From contig PFGP01000125.1 in assembly GCA_002781985.1 (NCBI GenBank), positions 1 to 36,595 on the forward strand: a DNA stretch of 36,595 nt, in the 5' to 3' direction. Positions 8,280 through 15,899 of this stretch are shown here, in pieces. Within the stretch, counting starts at the first letter, position 1, and the number at the start of each line of letters is the position of its first letter. Below the pieces are notes generated by a model. It was not told the DNA's origin. It saw nothing but the letters and a program-made list of their open reading frames with translations, and made no database searches. A program made the translations under genes and the position numbers. The DNA is from Candidatus Taenaricola geysiri. Lineage in GTDB: Bacteria > Omnitrophota > Gorgyraeia > Taenaricolales > Taenaricolaceae.

Positions 8280-9230
8280 ATGTTTTTTGAGTCTTTTAAG
8301 GTTACAGGCCTTGCCATAGGGCAGATAATCATACTCGGCGCAATAGGGTATGCGTTGGTAAAAGCAAATATACTGAAAGAAGAAAACTTAAATTTTTTAA
8401 GCAGGCTTGTTGTTGTGGTTACGTTACCGGCTTTGATATTCTGCCAGCTTATAAAGGATTTCAGTTTTGATGCATATCCCTACTGGTGGTTTTTTCCTGT
8501 TTTGAGCATTGTTATAACGGGGTTCGGGCTTTTTATCGGTCGGATATTCAGTTTATTTATAAAAGGCGAGCAGGCCAAAATACAATTTATGAGTTTGATA
8601 GGTTTTCAGAATGCAGGCTATATACCTCTTGTTTTAGCAGGAGCCATCTTGCCGGAAGCCATGGTTGGGACCATGCTGGTTTATATATTTTTATTTATGC
8701 TAGGATTTAATCTTGCCGTATGGTCTCTCGGCGTATATATGCTTACTTTTGAAAAATCCAGAAAATTTGATATGGCGAGTTTATTCAGCCCGCCTGTTAT
8801 AGCAACATTGTTCAGTCTTGTTTTTATATATCTTGGTTTTGCGAAATCAGTGCCGGATGTTTTATTTAGGCCGCTTAAAATGGTGGGTGAGTGCACTGTG
8901 CCAATGGCAATTTTTGTTGTCAGCGCAAATCTGGCATATGTAAAATTAAAAAATATAAGCATAAAAAACATGTCTCTTGTTATAGTTGCCAAGCTTATTG
9001 TGCTGCCTTTGGCGGGCATGCTGCTGGTGCTTAAATTGGGCCTGCCTCAGTTGATAGGCACTCTGATTATTATGCAGCTTGCTATGCCACCTGCCACGTC
9101 GCTGTCGGTTATAATACGCCATTATAAAAAGAAAGATCTTCTTATAAGCCACGGAATATTCTTCGGCCACATGGTGAGCCTTCTTGCCACGCCTATATTT
9201 TTAAGTCTATATTTCGTTTTAAGCCGTTAG
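8280..9230 (+). CDS. AEC (auxin-efflux-carrier-like) family permease
   Basis: 316 aa with about 9-10 TM helices and a general resemblance to AEC transporters. The start directly abuts the thiE stop. Confidence 0.6.
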   Translation: MFFESFKVTGLAIGQIIILGAIGYALVKANILKEENLNFLSRLVVVVTLPALIFCQLIKDFSFDAYPYWWFFPVLSIVITGFGLFIGRIFSLFIKGEQAKIQFMSLIGFQNAGYIPLVLAGAILPEAMVGTMLVYIFLFMLGFNLAVWSLGVYMLTFEKSRKFDMASLFSPPVIATLFSLVFIYLGFAKSVPDVLFRPLKMVGECTVPMAIFVVSANLAYVKLKNISIKNMSLVIVAKLIVLPLAGMLLVLKLGLPQLIGTLIIMQLAMPPATSLSVIIRHYKKKDLLISHGIFFGHMVSLLATPIFLSLYFVLSR

Positions 9231-9242
9231 GTGCCGCCGTTA

Positions 9243-9289
9243 GGTGCCAGGCACCGCATTTTAACATATTGTATTTAAAGGAGTTATAG
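9243..9289 (-). repeat. 47-bp palindrome-ended repeat, copy E (inverted), left flank of the RAYT gene
   Basis: GGTGCCAGGCACC (9243-9255), then GCATTTTAA, an 18-nt spacer, and GTTATAG (9283-9289). This is the reverse complement of the TTGTAAC-N18-TTAAAATGC-GGTGCCTGGCACC module with 5/7 matches in the inner heptamer. Confidence 0.75.
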
Positions 9290-9295
9290 CGCAAA

Positions 9296-9949
9296 ATGCC
9301 CAGAAATCCTCGTTTATGTTTTGAAGGTGCATTTTATCATATAACAAGCCGTGGCGACAATAAAGAGAAGATATTTTATAATGAATGGGATAGAAAAGCG
9401 ATGTTTAGTTTATTGAAAGAAGCAAAGAGCAAGTTTTGCTTTAGGTTGCACGCTTATACGTTGATGCAAAATCATTTTCATTTTGTCATTGAAACTTCTG
9501 AGAAAGGGACGATATCGGAAATAATGCATCATATAAATGGAAAATATACAAAACATTTTAATTCTATGCACAAACGCAGCGGCCATCTTTTTCAGGGAAG
9601 ATTTCATGGAGTTTTAATAGACAAAGATAATTATCTTTTGGAAGTAACCAGATATGTACATCTAAATCCTGTCAGGGTAGGGCTAGTTGAACATCCTGAA
9701 GAATACAAGTGGAGCAGTTATAGGCATTATATTGGTTTAGCTAGAAATGATTTCGTGGATAAGGAGTTGATTTTGGATATGATTTCGCCTGACAGATCTA
9801 ATCAGGTTACTATGTATTTAAATTTTACAAAAGAAGGTTTAAAATTAGATTTCAAGAAGTTTAAAGATGGTTTATACAAGGGTGCATTTTCACCAAAAAA
9901 GAAACTAATACCTAATGAGCCAAAATATCAAGAAATCGTTTGTAACTAA
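9296..9949 (+). CDS. REP-associated tyrosine transposase (RAYT) / IS200-like Y1 HUH transposase (COG1943 type)
   Basis: 217 aa with the HUH motif HFHFVIE, then RYVHLNPVRVGLV and YKWSSY (catalytic Tyr region). Confidence 0.85.
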   Translation: MPRNPRLCFEGAFYHITSRGDNKEKIFYNEWDRKAMFSLLKEAKSKFCFRLHAYTLMQNHFHFVIETSEKGTISEIMHHINGKYTKHFNSMHKRSGHLFQGRFHGVLIDKDNYLLEVTRYVHLNPVRVGLVEHPEEYKWSSYRHYIGLARNDFVDKELILDMISPDRSNQVTMYLNFTKEGLKLDFKKFKDGLYKGAFSPKKKLIPNEPKYQEIVCN

Positions 9950-9986
9950 TTCAAAACAAACAACTTATAATGCGGTGCCTGGCACC
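9940..9986 (+). repeat. 47-bp palindrome-ended repeat, copy A, right flank of the RAYT gene
   Basis: TTGTAAC (9940-9946, containing part of the RAYT stop), an 18-nt spacer, TTATAATGC, then GGTGCCTGGCACC (9974-9986). Confidence 0.8.
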
Positions 9987-11888
9987 GTGGGTGGGGAGTT
10001 GAACGCCCAGCAGCTTGAGGTTGTAAGGACTATTGATGGGCCGGTGCTAGTGGTTGCGGGCGCTGGTAGCGGCAAGACCCGCGTAATAGAATACAGGGTG
10101 CTCCATTTTATTCAGAGTGGAATTCAGCCGGAAAATATCCTCTTATTAACTTTTACAAAAAAAGCCGCGCAGCAGATGTTAAGCCGCGCCTCAAGGCATG
10201 ATGTAAGGTGCGGCCTTGTTCACGGCGGCACATTTCATTCTTTTGCCTATAGGATTTTAAAAAAATATTCCGTCCAGTCAGGGTTGGGCGAGTTTTTTAT
10301 AATTGACGAGTCAGACGCTGAAGAGGCCATAAATATATGCTCTGCGAAATTTGACACTAACGGTAAAGATAAGAGATTTCCGCGCAAGGATACATTGCGT
10401 AAGGTGTTCAGCATGGTTGTGAATAAAAATATGAGCGTTGAGGATATTTTGGATAAGGAATACCCTCAATTTTTAAAATATAGTTTTCAGGTAGAAGCGA
10501 TAAGCCAGGAATATAAAAAGTATAAAAAAAGCAAGGGGTACTTAGACTATGACGACCTGCTTGTTTATTTAAGGAATCTGCTTGAGAAAAATAATGACAT
10601 AAGAAAAGAATTGTCAGAGCAGTATAAATATATAATGGTTGACGAATATCAGGATACCAATAAATTGCAGTCGGATATAACATACTTTCTGGCAAGGGAT
10701 CATAAAAATATAATGATAGTAGGCGATGACGCCCAGAGCATATACGGATTCAGGGGCGCATCGCATGAAAATATAATGGATTTTCCAGAAAGATTTCCCG
10801 GATGTAAGATTATAAAATTAGAAACAAATTACCGCAGCCACCAGCCGATACTTGATGTTGCCAATGCGGTGTTGAAGAATATGAAAAACAAATATTCAAA
10901 AGAGCTCTATTCTTACAATAAGGAGCATGGCGACAGGCCTGAGCTTTTATTTTTTACAAATACAAATGCTGAAGCGGGTTGGATGGCGCGCAAGGTAAAA
11001 TCTATGGCAGCTGAGGGCATGGATTTAAAATATCAGGCAGTGCTGTTTCGGTATGCATATATATCCATTCCGCTGCAGCTTGAGTTAAACAGACTAAGAA
11101 TACCGTTTCAGTTATTCGGGGGAATGAAATTTTATGAGACCGCGCATGTGAAGGATGTTTTGGCGCACCTGAAGGCGCTTGTTAATTTTAAAGATGAGCT
11201 TTCATGGCTAAGGATGCTTACTTTGCTTGAAGGCATAGGCCCAAAAACAGCGTCGGGCATAGTGAAAGATATTAACAATGCCAATAATTTTGACGAAGCA
11301 GTGAAAAGTATTTTGTGTTCAGCAAATAGAAAGAAATCGTATTCAACAGCTCTTTTTGAGCTGGTAAATTTTCTAAAAACCGCGCAAGCTGCAGAAGGCA
11401 GCGTGTCAGAGCAGTTTGAGGCATTGCTGGAATATTATAATCCTATCATGCAGTATAAATTTGATGACGCCAGAGATAGGATGAATGATTTAAAGGTGAT
11501 AAAAAGGATATCTGCAGATTATAAGTCAACTCCGGACTTTTTGGCTGATTTTGCCCTTGATTCGCCTGATAAAGGCGCGTTCAGCGGCCATGAAAATATG
11601 CTGACGCTTTCCACCATACATTCAGCCAAGGGCCTTGAGTGGGACGTGGTTTTTTTGATGGGCCTGGTGGAGGGAGTTTTGCCTGTAAGTTTTTCGCTTG
11701 ATGACGAGGATTCGATAGAGGAGGAGCACAGGCTTTTTTACGTGGGCATTACGCGCGCCAAAAAACATCTGTTTCTTTGCGCGCATTATGAAGGTACGAT
11801 GATGGGCCAGAGCCAGTTTAACAGAATATCGCGGTTTGTGGATTCGGAAAATGTTTTGTCAAAGGTTAAGCAAGAAGCTGTATATTAA
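9987..11888 (+). CDS. UvrD/PcrA/Rep-family ATP-dependent DNA helicase
   Basis: Motifs AGAGSGKT, VDEYQDTN, TIHSAKGLEWDVVF and YVGITRAK are present. The ORF is open from the ATG at 9915, but that stretch overlaps the RAYT gene and reads through repeat copy A. The GTG at 9987 or the TTG at 9999 sits just before the conserved LNAQQ..V N-terminus. Confidence 0.88.
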   Translation: MGGELNAQQLEVVRTIDGPVLVVAGAGSGKTRVIEYRVLHFIQSGIQPENILLLTFTKKAAQQMLSRASRHDVRCGLVHGGTFHSFAYRILKKYSVQSGLGEFFIIDESDAEEAINICSAKFDTNGKDKRFPRKDTLRKVFSMVVNKNMSVEDILDKEYPQFLKYSFQVEAISQEYKKYKKSKGYLDYDDLLVYLRNLLEKNNDIRKELSEQYKYIMVDEYQDTNKLQSDITYFLARDHKNIMIVGDDAQSIYGFRGASHENIMDFPERFPGCKIIKLETNYRSHQPILDVANAVLKNMKNKYSKELYSYNKEHGDRPELLFFTNTNAEAGWMARKVKSMAAEGMDLKYQAVLFRYAYISIPLQLELNRLRIPFQLFGGMKFYETAHVKDVLAHLKALVNFKDELSWLRMLTLLEGIGPKTASGIVKDINNANNFDEAVKSILCSANRKKSYSTALFELVNFLKTAQAAEGSVSEQFEALLEYYNPIMQYKFDDARDRMNDLKVIKRISADYKSTPDFLADFALDSPDKGAFSGHENMLTLSTIHSAKGLEWDVVFLMGLVEGVLPVSFSLDDEDSIEEEHRLFYVGITRAKKHLFLCAHYEGTMMGQSQFNRISRFVDSENVLSKVKQEAVY

Positions 11889-11977
11889 GGAAGTCCCTCG
11901 CCGCAAGTTGTGATAGCTGGCGGCTCGGGACGATTTTTCGGACAAAAATATTCTACTGGAAAAATCGGAGGTGAAAT
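11889..11977 (+). repeat. Two-hairpin intergenic leader element, copy 3
   Basis: GGAAG, then H1 at 11893-11931 (GTCCC/TC/GCCGC ... GCGGC/TC/GGGAC). H2 is CGATTTTT (11931-11938) paired with AAAAATCG (11960-11967). GGAGG is at 11967-11971 and the ATG at 11978. Confidence 0.8.
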
Positions 11978-12157
11978 ATGCCATATGTTGATTTGAAATT
12001 GGTGGGTAAGTTGACGAAAGAGCAGAAGGAAAAGATAGTAGACGAGTTTTCAGCAACGCTTGAGAAGGTAACCAAAAAACCGAAGCAGTACACATATGTA
12101 TCTATACAGGAGTTTGACGCATCTAATTGGGGTTTTGGCGGAAAACTTCTCGGGTAA
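11978..12157 (+). CDS. 4-oxalocrotonate tautomerase family protein (59 aa; absent from the ORF track)
   Basis: Translation is MPYVDLKLVGKLTKEQKEKIVDEFSATLEKVTKKPKQYTYVSIQEFDASNWGFGGKLLG. It has Pro-1, EQK and the W-G-x-GG tail typical of the 4-OT family. GGAGG lies 6 nt upstream. Confidence 0.75.
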   Translation: MPYVDLKLVGKLTKEQKEKIVDEFSATLEKVTKKPKQYTYVSIQEFDASNWGFGGKLLG

Positions 12158-12164
12158 ATAGTAT

Positions 12165-12193
12165 TTGACATTTATTGTTGCGTGTGTTGTAAT
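12165..12193 (+). promoter_or_regulatory. Putative promoter of the TPP riboswitch-thi4 unit
   Basis: TTGACA (12165-12170), a 17-nt spacer, then TGTAAT (12188-12193), which overlaps a TATAAT at 12193-12198. Confidence 0.45.
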
Positions 12194-12202
12194 ATAATCA
12201 AA

Positions 12203-12290
12203 TAGTGGGGAGGTCGTGAGACGGCCTGAGAGTTTCGATAAATCGGATTACCCTATGAACCTGATCTGGATAATGCCAGCGTAGGAAAAA
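12203..12290 (+). promoter_or_regulatory. TPP (THI-box) riboswitch aptamer
   Basis: Contains GGGGAGG..CTGAGA...ACCCTATGAACCTGATCTGGATAATGCCAGCGTAGGAA, which matches the conserved THI element core. Confidence 0.9.
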
Positions 12291-12307
12291 TAGATAACAT
12301 TAATTTA

Positions 12308-12337
12308 CCCTATGCCAAAATTGGCGTGGGGTTTTTT
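12308..12337 (+). terminator. Riboswitch expression-platform terminator
   Basis: CCCTATGCC (12308-12316) pairs with GGCGTGGGG (12323-12331, two G.U pairs), followed by TTTTTT. Confidence 0.8.
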
Positions 12338-12358
12338 ATTAAGACATCCTTTAAAGAG

Positions 12359-13147
12359 GTGAGCGATGCAAAGATAAGCAGGGCGATATTAAGCGAATTT
12401 AACAGTTGGTTTAGTGATTACATTGTTTCAGATGTAATTATTGTAGGCGCAGGCCCGAGCGGGTTGGTTGCAGCAAGGGATTTAGCAAAACAAGGCATTA
12501 AGGTGCTTGTGATAGAGGTTAATAATTATCTTGGTGGCGGTTTCTGGATAGGCGGATATCTTATGAATACGCTTACGTTTCGCTCACCTGCCGAAGAGAT
12601 GCTTGATGAATTAAATATACCTTATAAGAAGACTTTAGACGGCTTGTTAACGGCAGATGGGCCCAATGCATGTTCCAAGCTTATCTCAGCGGCCTGCGAT
12701 GCGGGCGCGAGGATTTTAAACATGACGAAGTTTGATGACGTGGTTTTGAGAGATAAAAGGGTGGAAGGCATTGTTATTAATTGGGCTCCTGTCTCAGCGC
12801 TTCCCAGGCAGATTTCATGTGTTGATCCGATTTCAATAGAGGCAAAGGTTGTTATTGATGCAACCGGGCATGATGCGTATGTTGCAAGGAGCCTGGAGAA
12901 AAAAGGTTTGCTTAAACTTAAAGGCACAGGGGCCATGGATGCCAATACATCAGAGGATTTAATTGTTAATAATACTGGCGAGGTTTACCCTGGATTAATA
13001 GTGGCCGGCATGGCAGTTTCAGCTGTATGGGGTATCCCGCGTATGGGCCCGACATTTGCCGGTATGCTTTATTCGGGTAGAAAGGCGGCAGAGATCACTT
13101 CGCGTATTGTTTTGAAAAACGAGATTCCGGTAGAAAATCAATTGTAA
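12359..13147 (+). CDS. thi4: Thiazole synthase, Thi4 type (archaeal/eukaryotic-like)
   Basis: ISRAIL...DVIIVGAGPSGL (FAD/NAD Rossmann) and VIDATGHDA motifs are present. The start is uncertain. The listed GTG at 12326 lies inside the terminator stem, so the in-frame GTG at 12359 is used here. The well-placed ATG at 12366 is out of frame. Confidence 0.8.
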   Translation: MSDAKISRAILSEFNSWFSDYIVSDVIIVGAGPSGLVAARDLAKQGIKVLVIEVNNYLGGGFWIGGYLMNTLTFRSPAEEMLDELNIPYKKTLDGLLTADGPNACSKLISAACDAGARILNMTKFDDVVLRDKRVEGIVINWAPVSALPRQISCVDPISIEAKVVIDATGHDAYVARSLEKKGLLKLKGTGAMDANTSEDLIVNNTGEVYPGLIVAGMAVSAVWGIPRMGPTFAGMLYSGRKAAEITSRIVLKNEIPVENQL

Positions 13148-13188
13148 CATATTGAAAATAGACAACTTAAAACGCGGTGCCTGGCACC
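13142..13188 (+). repeat. 47-bp palindrome-ended repeat, copy B (solo)
   Basis: TTGTAAC (13142-13148, containing the thi4 stop), an 18-nt spacer, TTAAAACGC, then GGTGCCTGGCACC (13176-13188). Confidence 0.8.
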
Positions 13189-13191
13189 GGT

Positions 13192-13219
13192 AAAAAAGCC
13201 GTTGACAAACGGCTTTTTT
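13192..13219. terminator. Symmetric (bidirectional-type) terminator hairpin overlapping the marR -35 element
   Basis: AAAAAAGCCGTT, a GACA loop, then AACGGCTTTTTT. Confidence 0.65.
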
Positions 13220-13229
13220 ATGGTATAAT
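13202..13229 (+). promoter_or_regulatory. Sigma-70-type promoter of the marR-OMF-MFP-RND operon
   Basis: TTGACA (13202-13207), a 16-nt spacer, then an extended -10 TGgTATAAT (TATAAT at 13224-13229). Confidence 0.65.
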
Positions 13230-13237
13230 TGTTAATG

Positions 13238-13277
13238 TAGTTAATAATTATAGTAGTTAATAGTTTATATAGTTAAT
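13238..13277 (+). promoter_or_regulatory. Three phased TAGTTAAT direct repeats (candidate MarR operator)
   Basis: TAGTTAAT occurs at 13238, 13254 and 13270, an exact 16-nt phasing. The repeats lie between the -10 element and the marR ATG, and the last one overlaps that ATG. Confidence 0.35.
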
Positions 13278-13749
13278 GAAATTGACCATGAAACCAATGT
13301 CCTTACACAATTTTGCGGATGAGCTTAACGAGATTATGCCTGTTTTGATAAGAGAGTTTTCAAGGCGTAATTCCGAGGAGCTGTATAAAGGAAAGATTAC
13401 ATTGCCGCAGTTTCTTGTGATGGGTTTTATAAATGGCCGCGGCCAGGCTAAGATGACTGACGCGGCCCGCTTTATGAGCGTCAGTACAGCGGCAATGACC
13501 GGTATTGTAAATAGGATGGTAAGGGATGGTTTAGTGGCGAGGCTATATGATTTAAAAGATCGGCGCGTGATAAATATAAAATTAACGCCGAAGGGTACAG
13601 CGCTTGTAAAAAAGATAAAAGAACAGCGCAGGGCAGCTATTATAAAGGTATTCGGCATGATATCCGAGAAAGAGCGCGGAGATTATTTAAAGATAATTAC
13701 ACGTATCCATAGTATACTCACAAACGATAAAGAATTTACAGGCGAATAA
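13276..13749 (+). CDS. MarR-family transcriptional regulator
   Basis: 157 aa with a winged-HTH core (LPQFLVMGFI...MTDAARFMSVSTAAMTGIVNRMVRDGLVARLYDLKDRRVINIKLTPKG). An alternative ATG is at 13288. Confidence 0.85.
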   Translation: MKLTMKPMSLHNFADELNEIMPVLIREFSRRNSEELYKGKITLPQFLVMGFINGRGQAKMTDAARFMSVSTAAMTGIVNRMVRDGLVARLYDLKDRRVINIKLTPKGTALVKKIKEQRRAAIIKVFGMISEKERGDYLKIITRIHSILTNDKEFTGE

Positions 13750-15026
13750 TGAAAAAGATTATTTTATTTTTCATAGTATTTTTAATGATAACAGGCTCAA
13801 GCTGCAATCTCAGGGCAGAAGAGGTCCTTTTAAACATTGATGAAGCTGTGGGGCTTGCCTTAAGGCAGAACAGGGATATTTTATTAAAGGCAGAGGATGT
13901 AAAAATAGCGCAGTCAAAGATATCCGAGGCGCAGGCAGGATTTTTCCCCACGCTTGATTTTACGGCAAGCCGCGTAAGCACAATGGATTATTATGCGAAG
14001 AGTATACCCGAGACAAAGACCCAGACAACTCTTAAGCAGTATATATATAAAGGTGGTAAGACAGTTGCTTCGGTAAGCCGCGACAAATATTCTTTAAAGG
14101 CGCAAGAGGCGCTGCTTGATAAAACAAAACTTGAAACCGTATTAAACGTAAAAAAGGCCTTTTACACGCTTTTATTGGCGCTTGATTACGTCAGGTTAAA
14201 TGCGGCTATATTGACAAACTCTACAGAACACCTTATTATGCTTAAAAAGCGTTACGATAAAGGCGAGACATCAAGGCAGGATATACTTAATGTGCAGTCA
14301 TCGCTTGCCAATGCAAAAGAAGCGTATCGGGCGTCTTTAAATCAGGTGGCAAGCGGCCAGGAGTTGTTGAATAATATTTTATACCTTGATAAAGACGCAA
14401 AAATAATACCCGAAGGTGAATTTATATATGATGAGAAGGAATTTGCGTTTGACAAAGCCTTTCTTAAGGCGATCCAGGACCGGCCAGAGATAAAGCAGTA
14501 TACAGCGCAAGAGCAGGCGGATAAAAAATCCATTGAAGTGGCAAAGGCGAGCGCAAGGCCAAGCGTATACGCGTCGTGGGATTATTACAGCCGTTCTAAT
14601 GCATCATTAACATTTACTCCGGGGAAGGGCTGGCAGGATTACAGCGTGGTGGGTATTACGTTTTCATGGCCTGTATTTGATGGCTGGGCAACAAAGGCAA
14701 AGGTTGATCAGGCAATAGCTGATTTAAAACAGACCCAGCTTTTTAAGGACAAGACAGTAAAGGATATAGCGTTGGAATTAAAACAGGCGTATTTGGATTT
14801 AAAGGGTTCATTTGTAAAAATAGATGCCTCAAAAGCAGAAGTTGATTTATACCGCGATACTTTTCAGACAGCAAAAGATAAATACAAGGTTGGTATGTTA
14901 AGCTCGCTTGATTTGGATGATATATCGCTCGGATATCGCGTATCGATTTTTAATTATAAACAAGCATTATATGATTATACAATAGCAAGTGAAAGTTTTG
15001 TCAAGGCAACAGGGGGGATACAATGA
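13749..15026 (+). CDS. Outer-membrane efflux protein (TolC/OMF family)
   Basis: 425 aa with a signal peptide and two OEP-type coiled repeats. The start overlaps the marR stop (TAATG). Confidence 0.85.
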   Translation: MKKIILFFIVFLMITGSSCNLRAEEVLLNIDEAVGLALRQNRDILLKAEDVKIAQSKISEAQAGFFPTLDFTASRVSTMDYYAKSIPETKTQTTLKQYIYKGGKTVASVSRDKYSLKAQEALLDKTKLETVLNVKKAFYTLLLALDYVRLNAAILTNSTEHLIMLKKRYDKGETSRQDILNVQSSLANAKEAYRASLNQVASGQELLNNILYLDKDAKIIPEGEFIYDEKEFAFDKAFLKAIQDRPEIKQYTAQEQADKKSIEVAKASARPSVYASWDYYSRSNASLTFTPGKGWQDYSVVGITFSWPVFDGWATKAKVDQAIADLKQTQLFKDKTVKDIALELKQAYLDLKGSFVKIDASKAEVDLYRDTFQTAKDKYKVGMLSSLDLDDISLGYRVSIFNYKQALYDYTIASESFVKATGGIQ

Positions 15027-15895
15027 AGTCAAAAGTTATGTTTTTATCGTTAATTCTTTTTTTGTTTACAGCAGGGTGCCAAAAAACCGAAACAGCTAAA
15101 CAGGAAGGCCTTAAGGTTATTCCTGTAAAAGTAAGCAGGGTGCAAGTCAGGGATCTTAGCGAGGCCATTGAATATGTAGGCAATATAAAAGCGCAGGATG
15201 AAGCAGTTGTTTATTCGAAGGTCAGCGGAAAGATTATTGAAAAATTAAAAAAAGACGGCGATATAATAATAAAGGGCGAGACGCTGGCTTATATTGATCG
15301 TGACGAAGTAGGGCTGAAATTTGAAAAGGCACCAGTTGAAAGCCCGATGAACGGCATTTTGGGAGAGATCTATGTTGATATAGGCCAGAGTGTTTCACCG
15401 CAAACGCCAATTGCTTTGGCGATTAATATGGATAAGGTAAAAATAATCCTTGATTTGCCGGAAAAATATATTCCCAGGATAACCCTGGCTCAGGAGGCAA
15501 TAATTAATGTTGACGCGTATGTCAACGAAGACTTTAAAGGTGTGATTACAAAAATAACGCCCATTGTTGATATGGTAACGCGCACAGCGCCTGTTGAAAT
15601 AACAATAGATAATCAGGAGCATCGCCTTAATTCAGGAATGTTTGCCAATATAAGGCTTATTATACAAGAACACAAGGTAGTGCCGGTTGTTTTAAAAGAA
15701 TCGCTTTTAGGAAGAGAGCCGGAGGTTTATGTTTATACCGTTGAGGACAATAAGGCGGCGCTTAAAAAAGTCGGGCTCGGGGTAAGGCAGGGCCCGTATG
15801 TCCAGATTACCGCAGGCCTGAAAGAGACAGATTTAGTTGTGATAATGGGCCAGCAGCGCCTTAAAGACGGTATGGCAGTTGAGGCAGAGGAGTAG
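15023..15895 (+). CDS. RND efflux periplasmic adaptor (MFP), lipoprotein
   Basis: 290 aa with a lipobox (LFTAGC), a barrel-sandwich/HlyD_D23-like sequence and an ATGA overlap with the OMF gene. Confidence 0.85.
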   Translation: MKSKVMFLSLILFLFTAGCQKTETAKQEGLKVIPVKVSRVQVRDLSEAIEYVGNIKAQDEAVVYSKVSGKIIEKLKKDGDIIIKGETLAYIDRDEVGLKFEKAPVESPMNGILGEIYVDIGQSVSPQTPIALAINMDKVKIILDLPEKYIPRITLAQEAIINVDAYVNEDFKGVITKITPIVDMVTRTAPVEITIDNQEHRLNSGMFANIRLIIQEHKVVPVVLKESLLGREPEVYVYTVEDNKAALKKVGLGVRQGPYVQITAGLKETDLVVIMGQQRLKDGMAVEAEE

Positions 15896-15899
15896 AGAT

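Larger units (their letters stand above)
9243..9986 (+). mobile_element. RAYT/IS200-like unit: Y1 transposase gene bracketed by inverted 47-bp repeats
   Basis: The inverted copy (9243-9289) ends 6 nt before the ATG at 9296. The direct copy (9940-9986) begins on the last codons and stop of the gene. The 13-bp palindromes form the outer ends. Confidence 0.65.

Noticed and set aside
9974-9986. The CTGGCAC inside GGTGCCTGGCACC as a sigma-54 -24 element.
   Set aside because: None of the five copies has the required GC (-12, TTGC) element at the correct spacing on either strand. Downstream they read CGTGGGTGG, CGGTAAAAA, CGGGAAAGA and CGAGAAAAA; the other strand reads CGCATTTTAA.
9915-9986. The ATG at 9915 as the helicase start, giving a 35-nt overlap with the RAYT gene.
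   Set aside because: The extra 24 codons would be encoded by the RAYT 3' end plus repeat copy A. The conserved helicase N-terminus (LNAQQLEVV) begins right after the palindrome, where GTG 9987 and TTG 9999 are available.
9296-11888. HUH transposase plus adjacent UvrD-like helicase as a Helitron-like RepHel or rolling-circle module.
   Set aside because: These are separate genes with a repeat copy between them. The helicase looks like an ordinary full-length housekeeping UvrD/PcrA-type enzyme, and the inverted repeats bracket only the RAYT gene. Adjacency alone is insufficient.
12366-12377. The ATG at 12366, with ideal SD spacing, as the thi4 start.
   Set aside because: It is out of frame with the Thi4 ORF and hits TAA after three codons. 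It is kept only as a note in the riboswitch finding.
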